Source: a bacterium
Lineage (GTDB): Bacteria; JACRDZ01; JAQUKH01
NCBI GenBank assembly: GCA_028719205.1
Contig: JAQUKH010000001.1
Span: 80,603 to 144,602 of the forward strand
Reading direction: 5' to 3'
DNA length: 64,000 bases
Under the pieces are notes generated by a model. It had not been told where the DNA came from. It made no database searches and worked only from the letters and a program-made list of their open reading frames with translations. A program made the translations under genes and the position numbers. Positions 28,894 to 39,633 of this stretch are shown here, in pieces (position 1 is the first letter of the stretch; each line of letters opens with the position of its first letter).

Positions 28894-29844
28894 ATGGCAA
28901 ATATAAATCAAACAAAAATCCTTGTAGTTGATGATGATCCGGATATAAGGGAGGCTATCAGGCTTACCCTGGATTCCGTGGCTTATAATATTGTGGAAGC
29001 CGAAAATGGAACTAAGGCGATAGAACAGGTAATCGCGGAAGATCCTGACCTTATTATTTTAGATCTTATGATGCCCGGAATAAGCGGTTTAGAAGTCTGT
29101 AAAAGATTGAAAGAAAGCGCTCTTACGTCACATTTGCCCATATTAATGCTTACAGCCAAAAATCAGATAGATGATAAGATAAAAGGTTTAGCTATCGGCG
29201 CGGACGAATATTTATCAAAACCGTTTGAGCCCCTGGAATTAGAGGCAAGAGTTAAAGCCCTGATACGTCAGGTAAGAAGAGATCTATACGCGAATCCGAT
29301 GACTAAACTGCCGGGGAATGTTGCCATTGAAAGAGAGCTTCAAACCCTGATCGAGGTTAAAAAACAATTCGCGTTTGCCTACGTGGATATAGATAATTTT
29401 AAAGCTTTTAATGACACTTACGGATATGCCGCGGGAGACTCAGCGATAAAACTTACCGCGAGGGCTATTATAGATAATGTAAAAAGTTTTGGAAATGCTG
29501 ATGATTTTGTCGGGCATATCGGCGGAGATGATTTTGTTTTTATTACTTCAGTTGACAAGGTTGAGAACATATGCCAGAAATTAATTCAAACGTTTGACGG
29601 ATTGGCACCTTTACAATATAACGCTGAAGACAGAAAAAACGGTTTTATTATTACTAAGGACCGCCAGGGGAATACGAGGCAATTCCCGTTCATCACGATC
29701 TCTATCGCTATTATTACAAACGAAAATAATGATATTACCCATCATGTTCAGGTTAGTGAACGTGCCGCTGAACTGAAAAAATATTTAAAATCCCTTCAGG
29801 GCAGTAATTATCTTAAAGAACGCCGCAAAGATAAAAAGGAATAA
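28894..29844 (+). CDS. response regulator: receiver + GGDEF-type domain with variant motif GGDDF
   Basis: VVDDDPDIREAI...D...LMMPG receiver; HIGGDDFVFI. Confidence 0.75.
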   Translation: MANINQTKILVVDDDPDIREAIRLTLDSVAYNIVEAENGTKAIEQVIAEDPDLIILDLMMPGISGLEVCKRLKESALTSHLPILMLTAKNQIDDKIKGLAIGADEYLSKPFEPLELEARVKALIRQVRRDLYANPMTKLPGNVAIERELQTLIEVKKQFAFAYVDIDNFKAFNDTYGYAAGDSAIKLTARAIIDNVKSFGNADDFVGHIGGDDFVFITSVDKVENICQKLIQTFDGLAPLQYNAEDRKNGFIITKDRQGNTRQFPFITISIAIITNENNDITHHVQVSERAAELKKYLKSLQGSNYLKERRKDKKE

Positions 29845-29848
29845 CTGA

Positions 29849-31507
29849 GTGAAACTTAATATTGTCCAAAAATTGACTGTCGGCTTTTTAGCGGTTGTGT
29901 TCATTACAAGTATTGTCGGAAGTATCGCGTATTTCAGCCTTTCTGTGGTTAGCGACCGCCTTGCGATTAATTCTAAAGAAGAAAAGATCTTATTAAAAGG
30001 AAATAATGATATAACGCCAAATATCCAGCAAAAAATCATTCTGCAATCTGAATCCGCGATCAAATTTGCCAATAATGCTAAAACTATTTTATTCTGGTTT
30101 ATCATTTTAAGCCTTGTTGCCAGTGTCATTATTTCTTTTTATCTTGCCAATAAACTGACTGACCCGATCATTATCTTAACCAAAAAAGCTTTTGAAATAG
30201 GTAAGGGTGAATATGGGAAAGAAATATTCATAGAATCTAAAGACGAAATCGGGGAATTGGCGAATACATTTAACATTATGTCTAAACTTGTAAAATTAAG
30301 AGAAGGAGAACTTCAATCCGCTAACCTTACGCTTCAAAAACAAAATAAGGAACTCGAAATTTTAAGTAACGCTAAAAGTGAATTTGTTTCCATGGTTTCT
30401 CATGAATTACGTACACCCCTTACCGCTATTAAGGCTCATATCTCACTCCTGAAAAGCGGGAAAATGGGCGTTTTAAATGATACCCAATTCCATAGCCTTG
30501 ATGTAGCGGATAGAAAAACTGACTTTTTAAACAATCTTATAGGCGATCTTCTTGACCTGGCCAGAATTGAATCTAAAAAATACGGATTACGACAGCAAAA
30601 TACAAATATAGTTGAGCTTGTAAACGTGACCCAGGTTACTTTAGAGCCCCTTTTCCAGAAAAAAAATATGAAATTCAGTATTAATTTAAACCCGGATATT
30701 CCCCTCTTAAATATCGATCAGGATAAAATTATTCAGGTTTTAACCAATCTAATAGGAAATTCCATTAAATATACACAGGCAGGCGGGGAAATCAATCTTA
30801 CCGCAAGGAAGATCAGCCAGGAATTTGTTGAAATAGCGGTTATTGATAATGGGATCGGTATCGCCGGCGATGATATCACTAAAGTATTCGATCAATTTTA
30901 TAGAGTCAATACAAGTAAAGAATATCAGGGAACAGGCTTGGGATTATCAATTGTTAAAAGGATCATTGATCTTCACGGCGGGTCTATTTGGGTTGAAAGT
31001 CAATTAGGCAAAGGCAGTAAATTCTATTTTACTCTTCCGATAAGCAGGGAATTATCTTCAGCTCCAACAAAATCTAAAGACTTAGTATTACAGCTTCCTA
31101 AAGAAACAAAATCTGAAAATTTACCGCCTAAGACCGGTGATAAAAGAACAATAATGGTTGTTGATGATGACCAGGAATTGAGAGATATTACTAAAAGTAT
31201 CCTTGAATTCGAAAAAAAATGGGAGATCATAACCGCAAATAACGGACAAGAAGCTGTTGAAAAAGCGCTTAAGGAACAAATTGACCTTATACTTTTAGAT
31301 CTGCGTATGCCAAAACTGGACGGTTTTGGAGTTATTCAAACCTTAAAAAACAATCCAAAAACAAAAGATATTTCCATTATCATTTTATCCGCTTCAGGAC
31401 AAAAACAGGAAAAAGAACAGGGATTTAGCATGGGTATAGAGGATTATATCGCTAAACCTTATCAACCTGATTTTCTGCTTAATAAAGTAAAAGAATTGCT
31501 CCGTTAA
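29849..31507 (+). CDS. hybrid sensor histidine kinase (TM, HAMP-like, HisKA, HATPase_c, C-terminal receiver)
   Basis: [12 protein letters not shown]-box; [16 protein letters not shown]; receiver with DLRMP. Confidence 0.85.
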   Translation: MKLNIVQKLTVGFLAVVFITSIVGSIAYFSLSVVSDRLAINSKEEKILLKGNNDITPNIQQKIILQSESAIKFANNAKTILFWFIILSLVASVIISFYLANKLTDPIIILTKKAFEIGKGEYGKEIFIESKDEIGELANTFNIMSKLVKLREGELQSANLTLQKQNKELEILSNAKSEFVSMVSHELRTPLTAIKAHISLLKSGKMGVLNDTQFHSLDVADRKTDFLNNLIGDLLDLARIESKKYGLRQQNTNIVELVNVTQVTLEPLFQKKNMKFSINLNPDIPLLNIDQDKIIQVLTNLIGNSIKYTQAGGEINLTARKISQEFVEIAVIDNGIGIAGDDITKVFDQFYRVNTSKEYQGTGLGLSIVKRIIDLHGGSIWVESQLGKGSKFYFTLPISRELSSAPTKSKDLVLQLPKETKSENLPPKTGDKRTIMVVDDDQELRDITKSILEFEKKWEIITANNGQEAVEKALKEQIDLILLDLRMPKLDGFGVIQTLKNNPKTKDISIIILSASGQKQEKEQGFSMGIEDYIAKPYQPDFLLNKVKELLR

Positions 31508-31534
31508 TAGCATTCTTATGATATAATCATTCCC

Positions 31535-32425
31535 ATGAAAAATATGAATCAAATTGAGCAATTTTATAATTTCAGCAGCCAGGATAGCCAAAATTTACAG
31601 CGGCTTATCCCGATTATGGAACAGTACAAAGATCAACTTACTGAAGTTTATTATAATTCACTGCTGAGATCTGAGGATACCGCTAAATTTCTGCCTAATG
31701 AAGAGTCAATTAATAAACAGAAAAAAACTCTTGCCGTATGGTTTATGGCCCTGTTTAACGGGATTTATGACAATCGTTATTTGCAAAACATCCAGCAGAT
31801 AGGCTCTGAACACGTTAAAATTGGAATGGAATCTCATTTTATAAACTCATCGGTTTATATGGTACGTGAGTTTGTGAATGATATTATAAATAAACATTTT
31901 ATAGATCCCGAAGAACGTTATGAATTATCTAAATCTTTCGGGAAAATATTAGATATTAATTTAGATATCATGTCCTCTTCCTATCATCAGGAAGAACTTA
32001 AAAAGGCATTTCTTTCCTACAGGTTAGAACACAGCCTGATTCGCCTTGCTGAGCGTTTCAGCTATGGATTAAATCTCTTTTTAGTAATCGCCCTTATGGG
32101 ACTTTCCTTTGGAATAATGGGAATATTTACTCTGGATATATGGAAATTAGTCACCGAAACTCAACATGGCATAATCAATGTATTAGGTACTCTTCTGATG
32201 TTGTGGGTAATGATCGAACTTATGAATACGGAGATAAAACATCTTAAAAAAGGTAAATTTTCAATTACTATTTTTGTGGAAGTAGCGCTAGTCGCTTTTA
32301 TCCGTGACGCTCTTGTATCTTCCCTGGAACACGGTGAGATCTTGAAACAAGTCTTCCTGGTATCTACTATACTTGTATTGGGAATCGTATATTGGCTTAT
32401 CTCAAAAGCTGACGAAAAAAAATAA
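31535..32425 (+). CDS. protoglobin/globin-coupled-sensor-like domain fused to PsiE-like 4-TM membrane domain
   Basis: QQIGSEHVKIGMESHFINSSVYMVREF (GCS proximal-His region); C-terminal TM helices similar to the PsiE family. Confidence 0.45.
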   Translation: MKNMNQIEQFYNFSSQDSQNLQRLIPIMEQYKDQLTEVYYNSLLRSEDTAKFLPNEESINKQKKTLAVWFMALFNGIYDNRYLQNIQQIGSEHVKIGMESHFINSSVYMVREFVNDIINKHFIDPEERYELSKSFGKILDINLDIMSSSYHQEELKKAFLSYRLEHSLIRLAERFSYGLNLFLVIALMGLSFGIMGIFTLDIWKLVTETQHGIINVLGTLLMLWVMIELMNTEIKHLKKGKFSITIFVEVALVAFIRDALVSSLEHGEILKQVFLVSTILVLGIVYWLISKADEKK

Positions 32426-32427
32426 TA

Positions 32428-33465
32428 TTAATTATTTTTATTTATCATTTTATAAACAGCTGTTTCAACTTCATCAACTGTTATCAGATCCATACATTTC
32501 ATATCCGGACAATCTTCTTTTTTCGCGCAACCAACACAAGGAACATCTTTATAAATAGCCAAATGCATATCATTTGCCGGAGGATTCCAGCAAGGCACCT
32601 CACTGGGTTCACATAAACCTATCGTCGGTGTTCCAACAGCCACAGCCAAATGCATGCTCCCGTTAAAATTTGTAACTAAAACCCGGCACTTTTTCAAGAT
32701 TCCGGCAGTTTCTTTGACCGTAGTTTCAAAGGAAACAAGCGGTTTTTGCTTCATTAAGCTTATAATCAGGTCAATATATTCTTTTTCTCCGGGCCCCCAG
32801 ATAAAAATGACTTTATAACCCGAATTAATTAATCTGTCGCCAAGCTCAGCGAATCGTTCAGGGAACCACCTTCTTGATTTTCTTCTGCTGGTTGGGCTAA
32901 AACCTACAAGTTTTGTAAAATCGTCTATGTTATTGGTTAAGAAATATTCCTGAATTTTATCTGTTACTTCAGGAGGAATAAACAAATCAAGTTTTTCACT
33001 TTCAGGGGATACCCCTATTTTTCTTAAAAGATCAAATTTTACCTGGACCACATAACGGTTGTTCGCGTTAACCGGAACTCTGATATTATATAAATATTTT
33101 CTGACCCTGTAATTAAATCCTAACCGGTACCTCGCGCCTGTAATGAAACTGATCAAACTACTTCTGGGGTTTCCATAAAAATCAATCACCAGATCGTATT
33201 TTTTCCCATGTATCATTTTTAAAAACTTTATATATTTATTAAAATTATTTTTTTCTTCCTGCTTGAGTAAAACAATATCATCCAAATAAGGATTACCGCA
33301 TAAAACATCATAAAAAGGTTCTTCAGTTAAAAAAGTGATCTCTGAATCCGGATATCGCTCTCTAATTTCCCGTATTGATGGAGTACATAATAAAATATCA
33401 CCTATTCTCCTTAGATGTATAATAAGTATTTTTTTAATTTCAGAACTTATTAGTTGTTTTTCCAT
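32428..33465 (-). CDS. glycosyltransferase family 9 (LPS heptosyltransferase)
   Basis: ILIIHLRRIGDILLCTPSIREI. Confidence 0.8.
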   Translation of the reverse strand: MEKQLISSEIKKILIIHLRRIGDILLCTPSIREIRERYPDSEITFLTEEPFYDVLCGNPYLDDIVLLKQEEKNNFNKYIKFLKMIHGKKYDLVIDFYGNPRSSLISFITGARYRLGFNYRVRKYLYNIRVPVNANNRYVVQVKFDLLRKIGVSPESEKLDLFIPPEVTDKIQEYFLTNNIDDFTKLVGFSPTSRRKSRRWFPERFAELGDRLINSGYKVIFIWGPGEKEYIDLIISLMKQKPLVSFETTVKETAGILKKCRVLVTNFNGSMHLAVAVGTPTIGLCEPSEVPCWNPPANDMHLAIYKDVPCVGCAKKEDCPDMKCMDLITVDEVETAVYKMINKNN

Positions 33466-33472
33466 ATAATTA

Positions 33473-34993
33473 TCAGACTTTATTTTTAGATGATAAATAA
33501 TTTACTTTTTCAAAAATAATTTTCGCGACATCATCATTTATTTCATGATAATTTATTATTTCATCACAAAATTTTTTCATTATACCTGGTTTTTGGAATT
33601 TTGGTCCCATTAAAACACCATATAACCGTAAATTGTATTTCTTTTTAGTTAAATTAAAATGCTGTAAGAATTCATTACTTAAGGTACAAATATCATCAGT
33701 AATAAATACGAGATCGGCATCATTGAATTCAGTCTTTTTCCTGAATGATATCGCAGTGTTTAACGGAGTTTCAAAATCAGTCCCGCCCCCCATAAATGTC
33801 ACGGTAAATTCAAAAAGACCGTCTAAAAACCCGAGTTTTATATTTTCATTATCTTTTATTACTTCAACATCTTCATTATTAAAAACAAATGTTTGAACTT
33901 TGCCTTTTCTCCCGAATAATATGCCGATAAAATTTCTTTTTTCAACTCTGGCTATTTCCAGCAGCCCGATAGCGATAGCTTTCGAATATATTTCATTCTT
34001 GCCGCACATAGACAAACTGGTATCGATACAAGCAATAATACTGCCTTTTCTTTTTTTTTCTGAAATTGGCTCTTTAAATTCATATTGCAATATTTTTTTA
34101 TTGATCAATCTTTGATAAAAATCATATTGGAAGCTCGGATGAGACAAATTAGCCATTTCAACCGGATGCATCTTTAAAAGATCATCTCCCATAATTACAT
34201 TATAAACTTCCTGCGATAATTCATAAATTTTTGAATAATGGGAAAATAAAGCCATCTGGCGCATCTGGCCGATTATTTTTGCCAGTTCCTGCAAACGCGG
34301 GCTATTTTTTATTTTATCAGCTAACTCAATTTTTTTATGATATGATAATCTTTCAATTGAATTTTCTTCCAGTTCCCAGCCGTTACAAATGCCAACTGCT
34401 TTATTAATTGTATTAATGTTTTTTAATATTTTATTTGTTTCTTTTGCCGCCATTTTTGAAACATTATTTTTTATAACTTTAACAGCTCTTTCCTTTCGTC
34501 CCTGTTTATTAAACAAATTTTTAATAAAGGAGACTAAATTAAAGAAAAATCCCGTCTTTTTTTCCTCCAATGACCTTTTGATTATTTCTTTATCCAGATC
34601 CTTATTCAGTTTATTAAAACGCTTAAAATCATTTTTTTTCTTATTCAGCGATTTCAATAATTTGTCTACGAACATTTCTGTCGCCCATAGCGCGGCGGCT
34701 TTACTGAATTTTGTTTTTTCTCTAATACTTTCAAATGACGGATTGACGATCAAACCGTCCAAAATTGTTAAATTAATGAAATTTTTCGGGTCGATCTCAT
34801 CTATTGTCTTTACTTTAGGATTGGCCATATACAAACTGCAGTATATGTCACAAACTAAATTGGAAAATCCGGGCAGTATAAGTGATCCTTCTTTTTCTTT
34901 CTCTTTTATATACTTTGATATTTGCCTCAGCTGATAATATATTTTACGGATTTCCTGATTGCTGTTAATAACATAATATATTTCTTTTTTCAT
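33473..34993 (-). CDS. von Willebrand factor A domain protein (partner of the MoxR-type ATPase)
   Basis: IIACIDTSLSM MIDAS-like motif. Confidence 0.65.
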   Translation of the reverse strand: MKKEIYYVINSNQEIRKIYYQLRQISKYIKEKEKEGSLILPGFSNLVCDIYCSLYMANPKVKTIDEIDPKNFINLTILDGLIVNPSFESIREKTKFSKAAALWATEMFVDKLLKSLNKKKNDFKRFNKLNKDLDKEIIKRSLEEKKTGFFFNLVSFIKNLFNKQGRKERAVKVIKNNVSKMAAKETNKILKNINTINKAVGICNGWELEENSIERLSYHKKIELADKIKNSPRLQELAKIIGQMRQMALFSHYSKIYELSQEVYNVIMGDDLLKMHPVEMANLSHPSFQYDFYQRLINKKILQYEFKEPISEKKRKGSIIACIDTSLSMCGKNEIYSKAIAIGLLEIARVEKRNFIGILFGRKGKVQTFVFNNEDVEVIKDNENIKLGFLDGLFEFTVTFMGGGTDFETPLNTAISFRKKTEFNDADLVFITDDICTLSNEFLQHFNLTKKKYNLRLYGVLMGPKFQKPGIMKKFCDEIINYHEINDDVAKIIFEKVNYLSSKNKV

Positions 34994-35007
34994 TAAATCC
35001 GTTCTAT

Positions 35008-36270
35008 TTATTGTCCGGAATGTGTACTTTCACTCCAAAATTCGCGGTAAGCATTTGTAGAGAATTTAGATAATAAATTATTAGGCATTGTTTCCATTTT
35101 CTTTATATAATTTTCTATTATATTTTTCCCGGCGTTATTACTGCAATTTTTTAATAATTCTTTTGGCTCGATTAAAAGTTTATGGAGTTCATTTTCCGCT
35201 AATTTCAATTTCGCGTGTAATATTTCAAATTCTTTATAATCTTTGTCATGCCCTGTATTTTTATGCATATTAATTTCAATTGACCTGACGGTATCGTTAT
35301 AAATTTTACTCGCGAGTTTAAATATTTCCGCGACACGCATAACTTCCTTACTTCCGATCGATTTATAAATTATTTTCTGTATATTTTCCTTTTCCAGCGG
35401 ATTTTTTGTCTGCCAGTATATATTTTCTAAAATACACAGATCTTCAGGCTCCACTTCTTCAAAATGGTGATTTAAATAAGCGTAGGCTTTTACTGCTTTA
35501 ACAGATTCTTTATATCTTCTGTCTGACGGCTGGATATTATAATTTGTTTTCAGGTCAGACCGTATATTATTAATTATTTTATATATGATCGGAGGTATAT
35601 TAATTTTTAACACTTCCTCCTGAAAACTGCTTAATTCATCCAGTGTGATCGTCGTTTGAGGCTTTAATACTTCATTTGAGATCATGGAAACAAACGGGGA
35701 ATCATCATTATTATTTATTGACAGATAGTCCACTAAATATCTCAGAAGGAACCTGTCATTTAATCCCATTAATTCTTCCTGGTCTTTTCCCGGAAGCTCA
35801 TTGCTCGCGCCGATCAAAGTAACAAGAGGAGAATCTATTTCTTCACCCGGATTAATTGTACATTTACGTTCATGTATTAACCTGAGTAAAGCGTTAAGTG
35901 TAACCGCGCTGCATTTAAATATTTCATCAAGAAAGGCTATATGGGCCTGAGGCAGTTTTTTTTCAGAGCGGTTAACAAACCTGATAAGTTTGCCTTTTTG
36001 ATCCATCTCCTCTTCAACCATAACCTCGCTGACTAATAGATCTTTATCGGTTGTGAATTTTGTCAATAAATGAAAGAAATATTTAGTACCTGTAATACTT
36101 TTGCATAAGGTTTCAATTAAATTTGTTTTAGCCGTCCCGGGCGGGCCAATAAGAAGAAGATGTTGTTTAGACAAAAGAGCTGTTAAGGCGCCATCAACTA
36201 CTTCACTGCGCTCTTTAAAATAGTCTTTTAATTCCGATCTGAGTTTTTGAAATCGTTCATATGTCAGCAT
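35008..36270 (-). CDS. MoxR-like AAA+ ATPase (AAA_5)
   Basis: LLLIGPPGTAKTNL; DEIFKCS. Confidence 0.75.
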   Translation of the reverse strand: MLTYERFQKLRSELKDYFKERSEVVDGALTALLSKQHLLLIGPPGTAKTNLIETLCKSITGTKYFFHLLTKFTTDKDLLVSEVMVEEEMDQKGKLIRFVNRSEKKLPQAHIAFLDEIFKCSAVTLNALLRLIHERKCTINPGEEIDSPLVTLIGASNELPGKDQEELMGLNDRFLLRYLVDYLSINNNDDSPFVSMISNEVLKPQTTITLDELSSFQEEVLKINIPPIIYKIINNIRSDLKTNYNIQPSDRRYKESVKAVKAYAYLNHHFEEVEPEDLCILENIYWQTKNPLEKENIQKIIYKSIGSKEVMRVAEIFKLASKIYNDTVRSIEINMHKNTGHDKDYKEFEILHAKLKLAENELHKLLIEPKELLKNCSNNAGKNIIENYIKKMETMPNNLLSKFSTNAYREFWSESTHSGQ

Positions 36271-36282
36271 TTTTGAATCCTT

Positions 36283-37293
36283 TCAAACTTTTAGCATTCC
36301 GGATATTTTATCATAAACGGTATTAACTGTAATTTTCTCCATACAATTATAATACAAACACTTATTTTTGTGGCATTTATATTTTTCTTTGCAATTTACT
36401 GCCGGGTCAATAACTACATGCCCTTTACCATATGGCCCCCATCGTTTTTTGCTTTGGACTAAAATAGGCGAAAATATAGATACAGTCCTCGTTTTAACCG
36501 CCACTGCTAAATGAAGAATTCCGGTACTTGGGCAAAATAATATGTCAGCCTCAGATATAAATCCGGCTAAAAGAGAAAGATCTATGGTTTTATCTATCAC
36601 AAAAGGTGTTTCTTTCATTAATTTTACCAGATCCTTTATTATATTCTCTTCTCCCGGCCCGTAACTTAATAACACTTTTGCTTTCTTATCACATATTAAT
36701 TTATCCGCCAATTCAGCGTAATATCCCAACGGCCAATTTAAAGCCGAACCTTTCATCCCCGGATGTATAATAACAAACCGGTCGTTTGCAGAAATATTAT
36801 TTTTTATTTTCCAGTCTTTTACAAATCTTTTTGCGTCTTCCGGAATCACATAATAAGTTTCAGTATCTTCAGGTTTTATACCAAGGGGTTTCAACAAGTC
36901 CAGATTATAATCAGCTTCATGCTTTTCCACCCGTGAACGATGCTGGAATACCGGTTTATTTAAAAATATGGGTACAAACCATTTATTAGCAGGGCCGATA
37001 CGTAATGGTATATTTGATAAATATACTGTTTTACATACCTTGAATTCCGGGAATAGAACAAGAGCTAAATCGAATTTTCTTTTCTTCAATTCCAACAGCA
37101 GGTTATTATCCTCTATATAAAATATTTCTTTAAGAAATGGATTATTTTTAAGGACAACAGCAGCATACCTGCTTGTCAAAAATGAAATAGCGGCAGAAGG
37201 ATATTGTTTCCGTAAAGCGCTAATAACAGGCGTTGATAATAAAACGTCACCGATACGATCGGTCCGGCATATTAATATATTTTTAAATTTCAT
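36283..37293 (-). CDS. glycosyltransferase family 9 (heptosyltransferase II-like)
   Basis: ILICRTDRIGDVLLSTPVISAL. Internal ATG 37293 chosen; the listed ORF has a 63-aa non-conserved N-terminal extension. Confidence 0.75.
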   Translation of the reverse strand: MKFKNILICRTDRIGDVLLSTPVISALRKQYPSAAISFLTSRYAAVVLKNNPFLKEIFYIEDNNLLLELKKRKFDLALVLFPEFKVCKTVYLSNIPLRIGPANKWFVPIFLNKPVFQHRSRVEKHEADYNLDLLKPLGIKPEDTETYYVIPEDAKRFVKDWKIKNNISANDRFVIIHPGMKGSALNWPLGYYAELADKLICDKKAKVLLSYGPGEENIIKDLVKLMKETPFVIDKTIDLSLLAGFISEADILFCPSTGILHLAVAVKTRTVSIFSPILVQSKKRWGPYGKGHVVIDPAVNCKEKYKCHKNKCLYYNCMEKITVNTVYDKISGMLKV

Positions 37294-37509
37294 ATTTATC
37301 CTACGCTGCGAATTTTTAATTTCAGAATCTTTTTTTGCGTCTATAGAAACGCTTTTTGTAATAAATCTTGGCGAAATTTTGAAATTCCGATTTTCACGAA
37401 CCCAGATTTGCTCCCCTATAGGATTGTGAAAATCGTTCAAAATGAGCCTTAGATTTATCAAAAACGTTTCGGGTTTAAGCAAAAATAGATTCTGAAATGA
37501 AAAATTTGC

Positions 37510-38613
37510 TTATCTATTTACAAATTCGTTATAAACTTTTAAAGTCTCCCTCGCAGCCTTTTCCCATGAAAATATTCTTGCGCGTTCCAGTCCCTTTTCG
37601 CTCAGCATTTTTCTTAAATTATCATCTTCAGCCAGAACAGATAAATTCTTCGCGATATCAGAAACATCCAGAGGGTCAACCATACACGCCGCGCCACCTG
37701 TAATTTCCGGCATTGAAGACATATTCGATGTTAAAACCGGCGTTCCGCATGCCATGGCTTCGATCGCCGGCAAGCCAAAGCCTTCATACAATGAAGCAAA
37801 TATCAGAGCCTTCGCCCCGCTATATAATGACGCTAATTCTTCATTCTTCATGTAGCCGATTAATTTTACGCGGCTTTCTAATTTTAGCTTATATATTTTA
37901 TCCAATATTTCCTGATGTCCATAAGATAAATTTCCTGTCAAAACTAAATTGGCCATTTTATTATTCTCTGAAAATATTTTAAAAGCTTCAAGGATCCTTA
38001 AAATATTTTTTCTTAAATTGATCGCTCCAACATATAAAAAATAATCACTGTTTATGCCATATTTCTCTTTTGTAATTCTTATATTTTGCTCGCTTTGAGG
38101 GCTGAACATTTTTCTGACACCATGATATATAACCCTTATTTTTTCCTCAGGATATGCGAAATTATTTAATATTTCTCTTTTTGTAAATTCAGACACAGTA
38201 ATAACCAGGTCCGCCTGTTTTTTATTCAACATATTATCATATCTTTTTATCATCATCTCTTTAAAATGTTTTGACGCGTAATTATCTCCCAATACCGCCG
38301 CGCCTATATCATGTATGGTTACTATATTTCTTGATCTGTATGACCATGGGAGCCTGTCTGCCATACCATGAAAGATATCAAGCTTTAACTGAAAAATAAA
38401 GTTTAACGGCTCCTGAATTATTTTTGTTCTAAAATTATCCTGATCGATCTTTAATATTTGCGCTTTATTTTTTATATGAGAAAAACGGTAGCATAGATAA
38501 TATTTATTTTCTTTATCGATTTTTGAGATGTCATTGATCAAATTAATAATATAGTTTCCAACACCTGTCCAGTTTCCATCCGCAATAGGAGAAACATCCA
38601 ATCCTATATTCAT
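37510..38613 (-). CDS. glycosyltransferase family 4 (GT-B, group 1)
   Basis: EGFGLPAIEAMACGTPV; ATGA overlap with the upstream gene and AGGAGG RBS at ATG 38613. Confidence 0.8.
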   Translation of the reverse strand: MNIGLDVSPIADGNWTGVGNYIINLINDISKIDKENKYYLCYRFSHIKNKAQILKIDQDNFRTKIIQEPLNFIFQLKLDIFHGMADRLPWSYRSRNIVTIHDIGAAVLGDNYASKHFKEMMIKRYDNMLNKKQADLVITVSEFTKREILNNFAYPEEKIRVIYHGVRKMFSPQSEQNIRITKEKYGINSDYFLYVGAINLRKNILRILEAFKIFSENNKMANLVLTGNLSYGHQEILDKIYKLKLESRVKLIGYMKNEELASLYSGAKALIFASLYEGFGLPAIEAMACGTPVLTSNMSSMPEITGGAACMVDPLDVSDIAKNLSVLAEDDNLRKMLSEKGLERARIFSWEKAARETLKVYNEFVNR

Positions 38614-39620
38614 TTCAATAACCTCCTGCACGCATCAAATACTTCGTCAACTGTAATTTCCCTCATGCATTTAAAATGTTCCTTTGGACATACCTTATGC
38701 CCATGCCTGCCGCACGGCCGGCATGACAATATTTTCTCAACGACAATATTTTTCATACTATATGGCCCAAAACCAAGCCCGGTGGTTGTCGGCCCGAATA
38801 TTGCGACAGTCGGTACCTGAAATGCTGAAGCCAGATGCAGCGGCGCGGTATCGTTGGTAATGAACAGATCACATTTTGATATTACTGACGCGGATTCTCC
38901 CAAGGATAATGCCCCCGCGGCAATAATGATCTCTTTACCGGTTATTTTTTTAATTTCATTACATAACTCTTCATCTTCTTTCCCGCCTATAAGTATGATC
39001 TTCGAGCCATAAACATCTATTAATCTTTCTGACAATTCCGCAAAGCGTTCTTTGATCCACCTTTTTGTTGCCCAAACTGAACCTGGCGCAAGGCCAATTA
39101 TAAGATCTTTTTTTATTACCCCCTGCTCTTTTAAAAAAATACCTGCTTTTTTAATATCTCCTGTTCCAAGAAATATTGGTATATGCCTTGAACCATTTTT
39201 CTCATCTATCAAACTTAAATTACGCTCAACCTCATGTTTATCCCAGGAATATTTTACGAGCTTAGTTAAAAATATCTTTGCGGCGCTTCTATCAAAACCG
39301 ATCCGTTCGGGAATCCCGCCTGAATAAGCCAGCATAACGGAACGCACAGACCTGTGAGGCAGGATAGCCATGTCATATTTTTGATTTTTTATCTTTCTAT
39401 CAAATTTTACAAAATTTTTAAATCCCTTATCCATACCATTTTTATCATAAACGATAACTTCATTTATATATGGATTCGCTTTTACCAGATCATAAGCTTT
39501 TGGTGTGATCATTATCGATATATGACTTCCCGGATATTTCCTGTGCACCGCTTCGATCAAAGGAAGCGTCAAGATCACATCGCCGATAAAGGCTGTCTGT
39601 ATAATAAGTATTTTTTTCAT
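38610..39620 (-). CDS. glycosyltransferase family 9 (heptosyltransferase)
   Basis: ILIIQTAFIGDVILTLPLIEAV. Confidence 0.8.
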   Translation of the reverse strand: MKKILIIQTAFIGDVILTLPLIEAVHRKYPGSHISIMITPKAYDLVKANPYINEVIVYDKNGMDKGFKNFVKFDRKIKNQKYDMAILPHRSVRSVMLAYSGGIPERIGFDRSAAKIFLTKLVKYSWDKHEVERNLSLIDEKNGSRHIPIFLGTGDIKKAGIFLKEQGVIKKDLIIGLAPGSVWATKRWIKERFAELSERLIDVYGSKIILIGGKEDEELCNEIKKITGKEIIIAAGALSLGESASVISKCDLFITNDTAPLHLASAFQVPTVAIFGPTTTGLGFGPYSMKNIVVEKILSCRPCGRHGHKVCPKEHFKCMREITVDEVFDACRRLLK

Positions 39621-39633
39621 ATATCTTTATTTT

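Noticed and set aside
36283-37482. 63-aa N-terminal extension of the GT9 ORF
   Set aside because: The extension lacks conservation. The GT9 fold starts at MKFKNILICRTDRIGD, so the internal start at 37293 was chosen.
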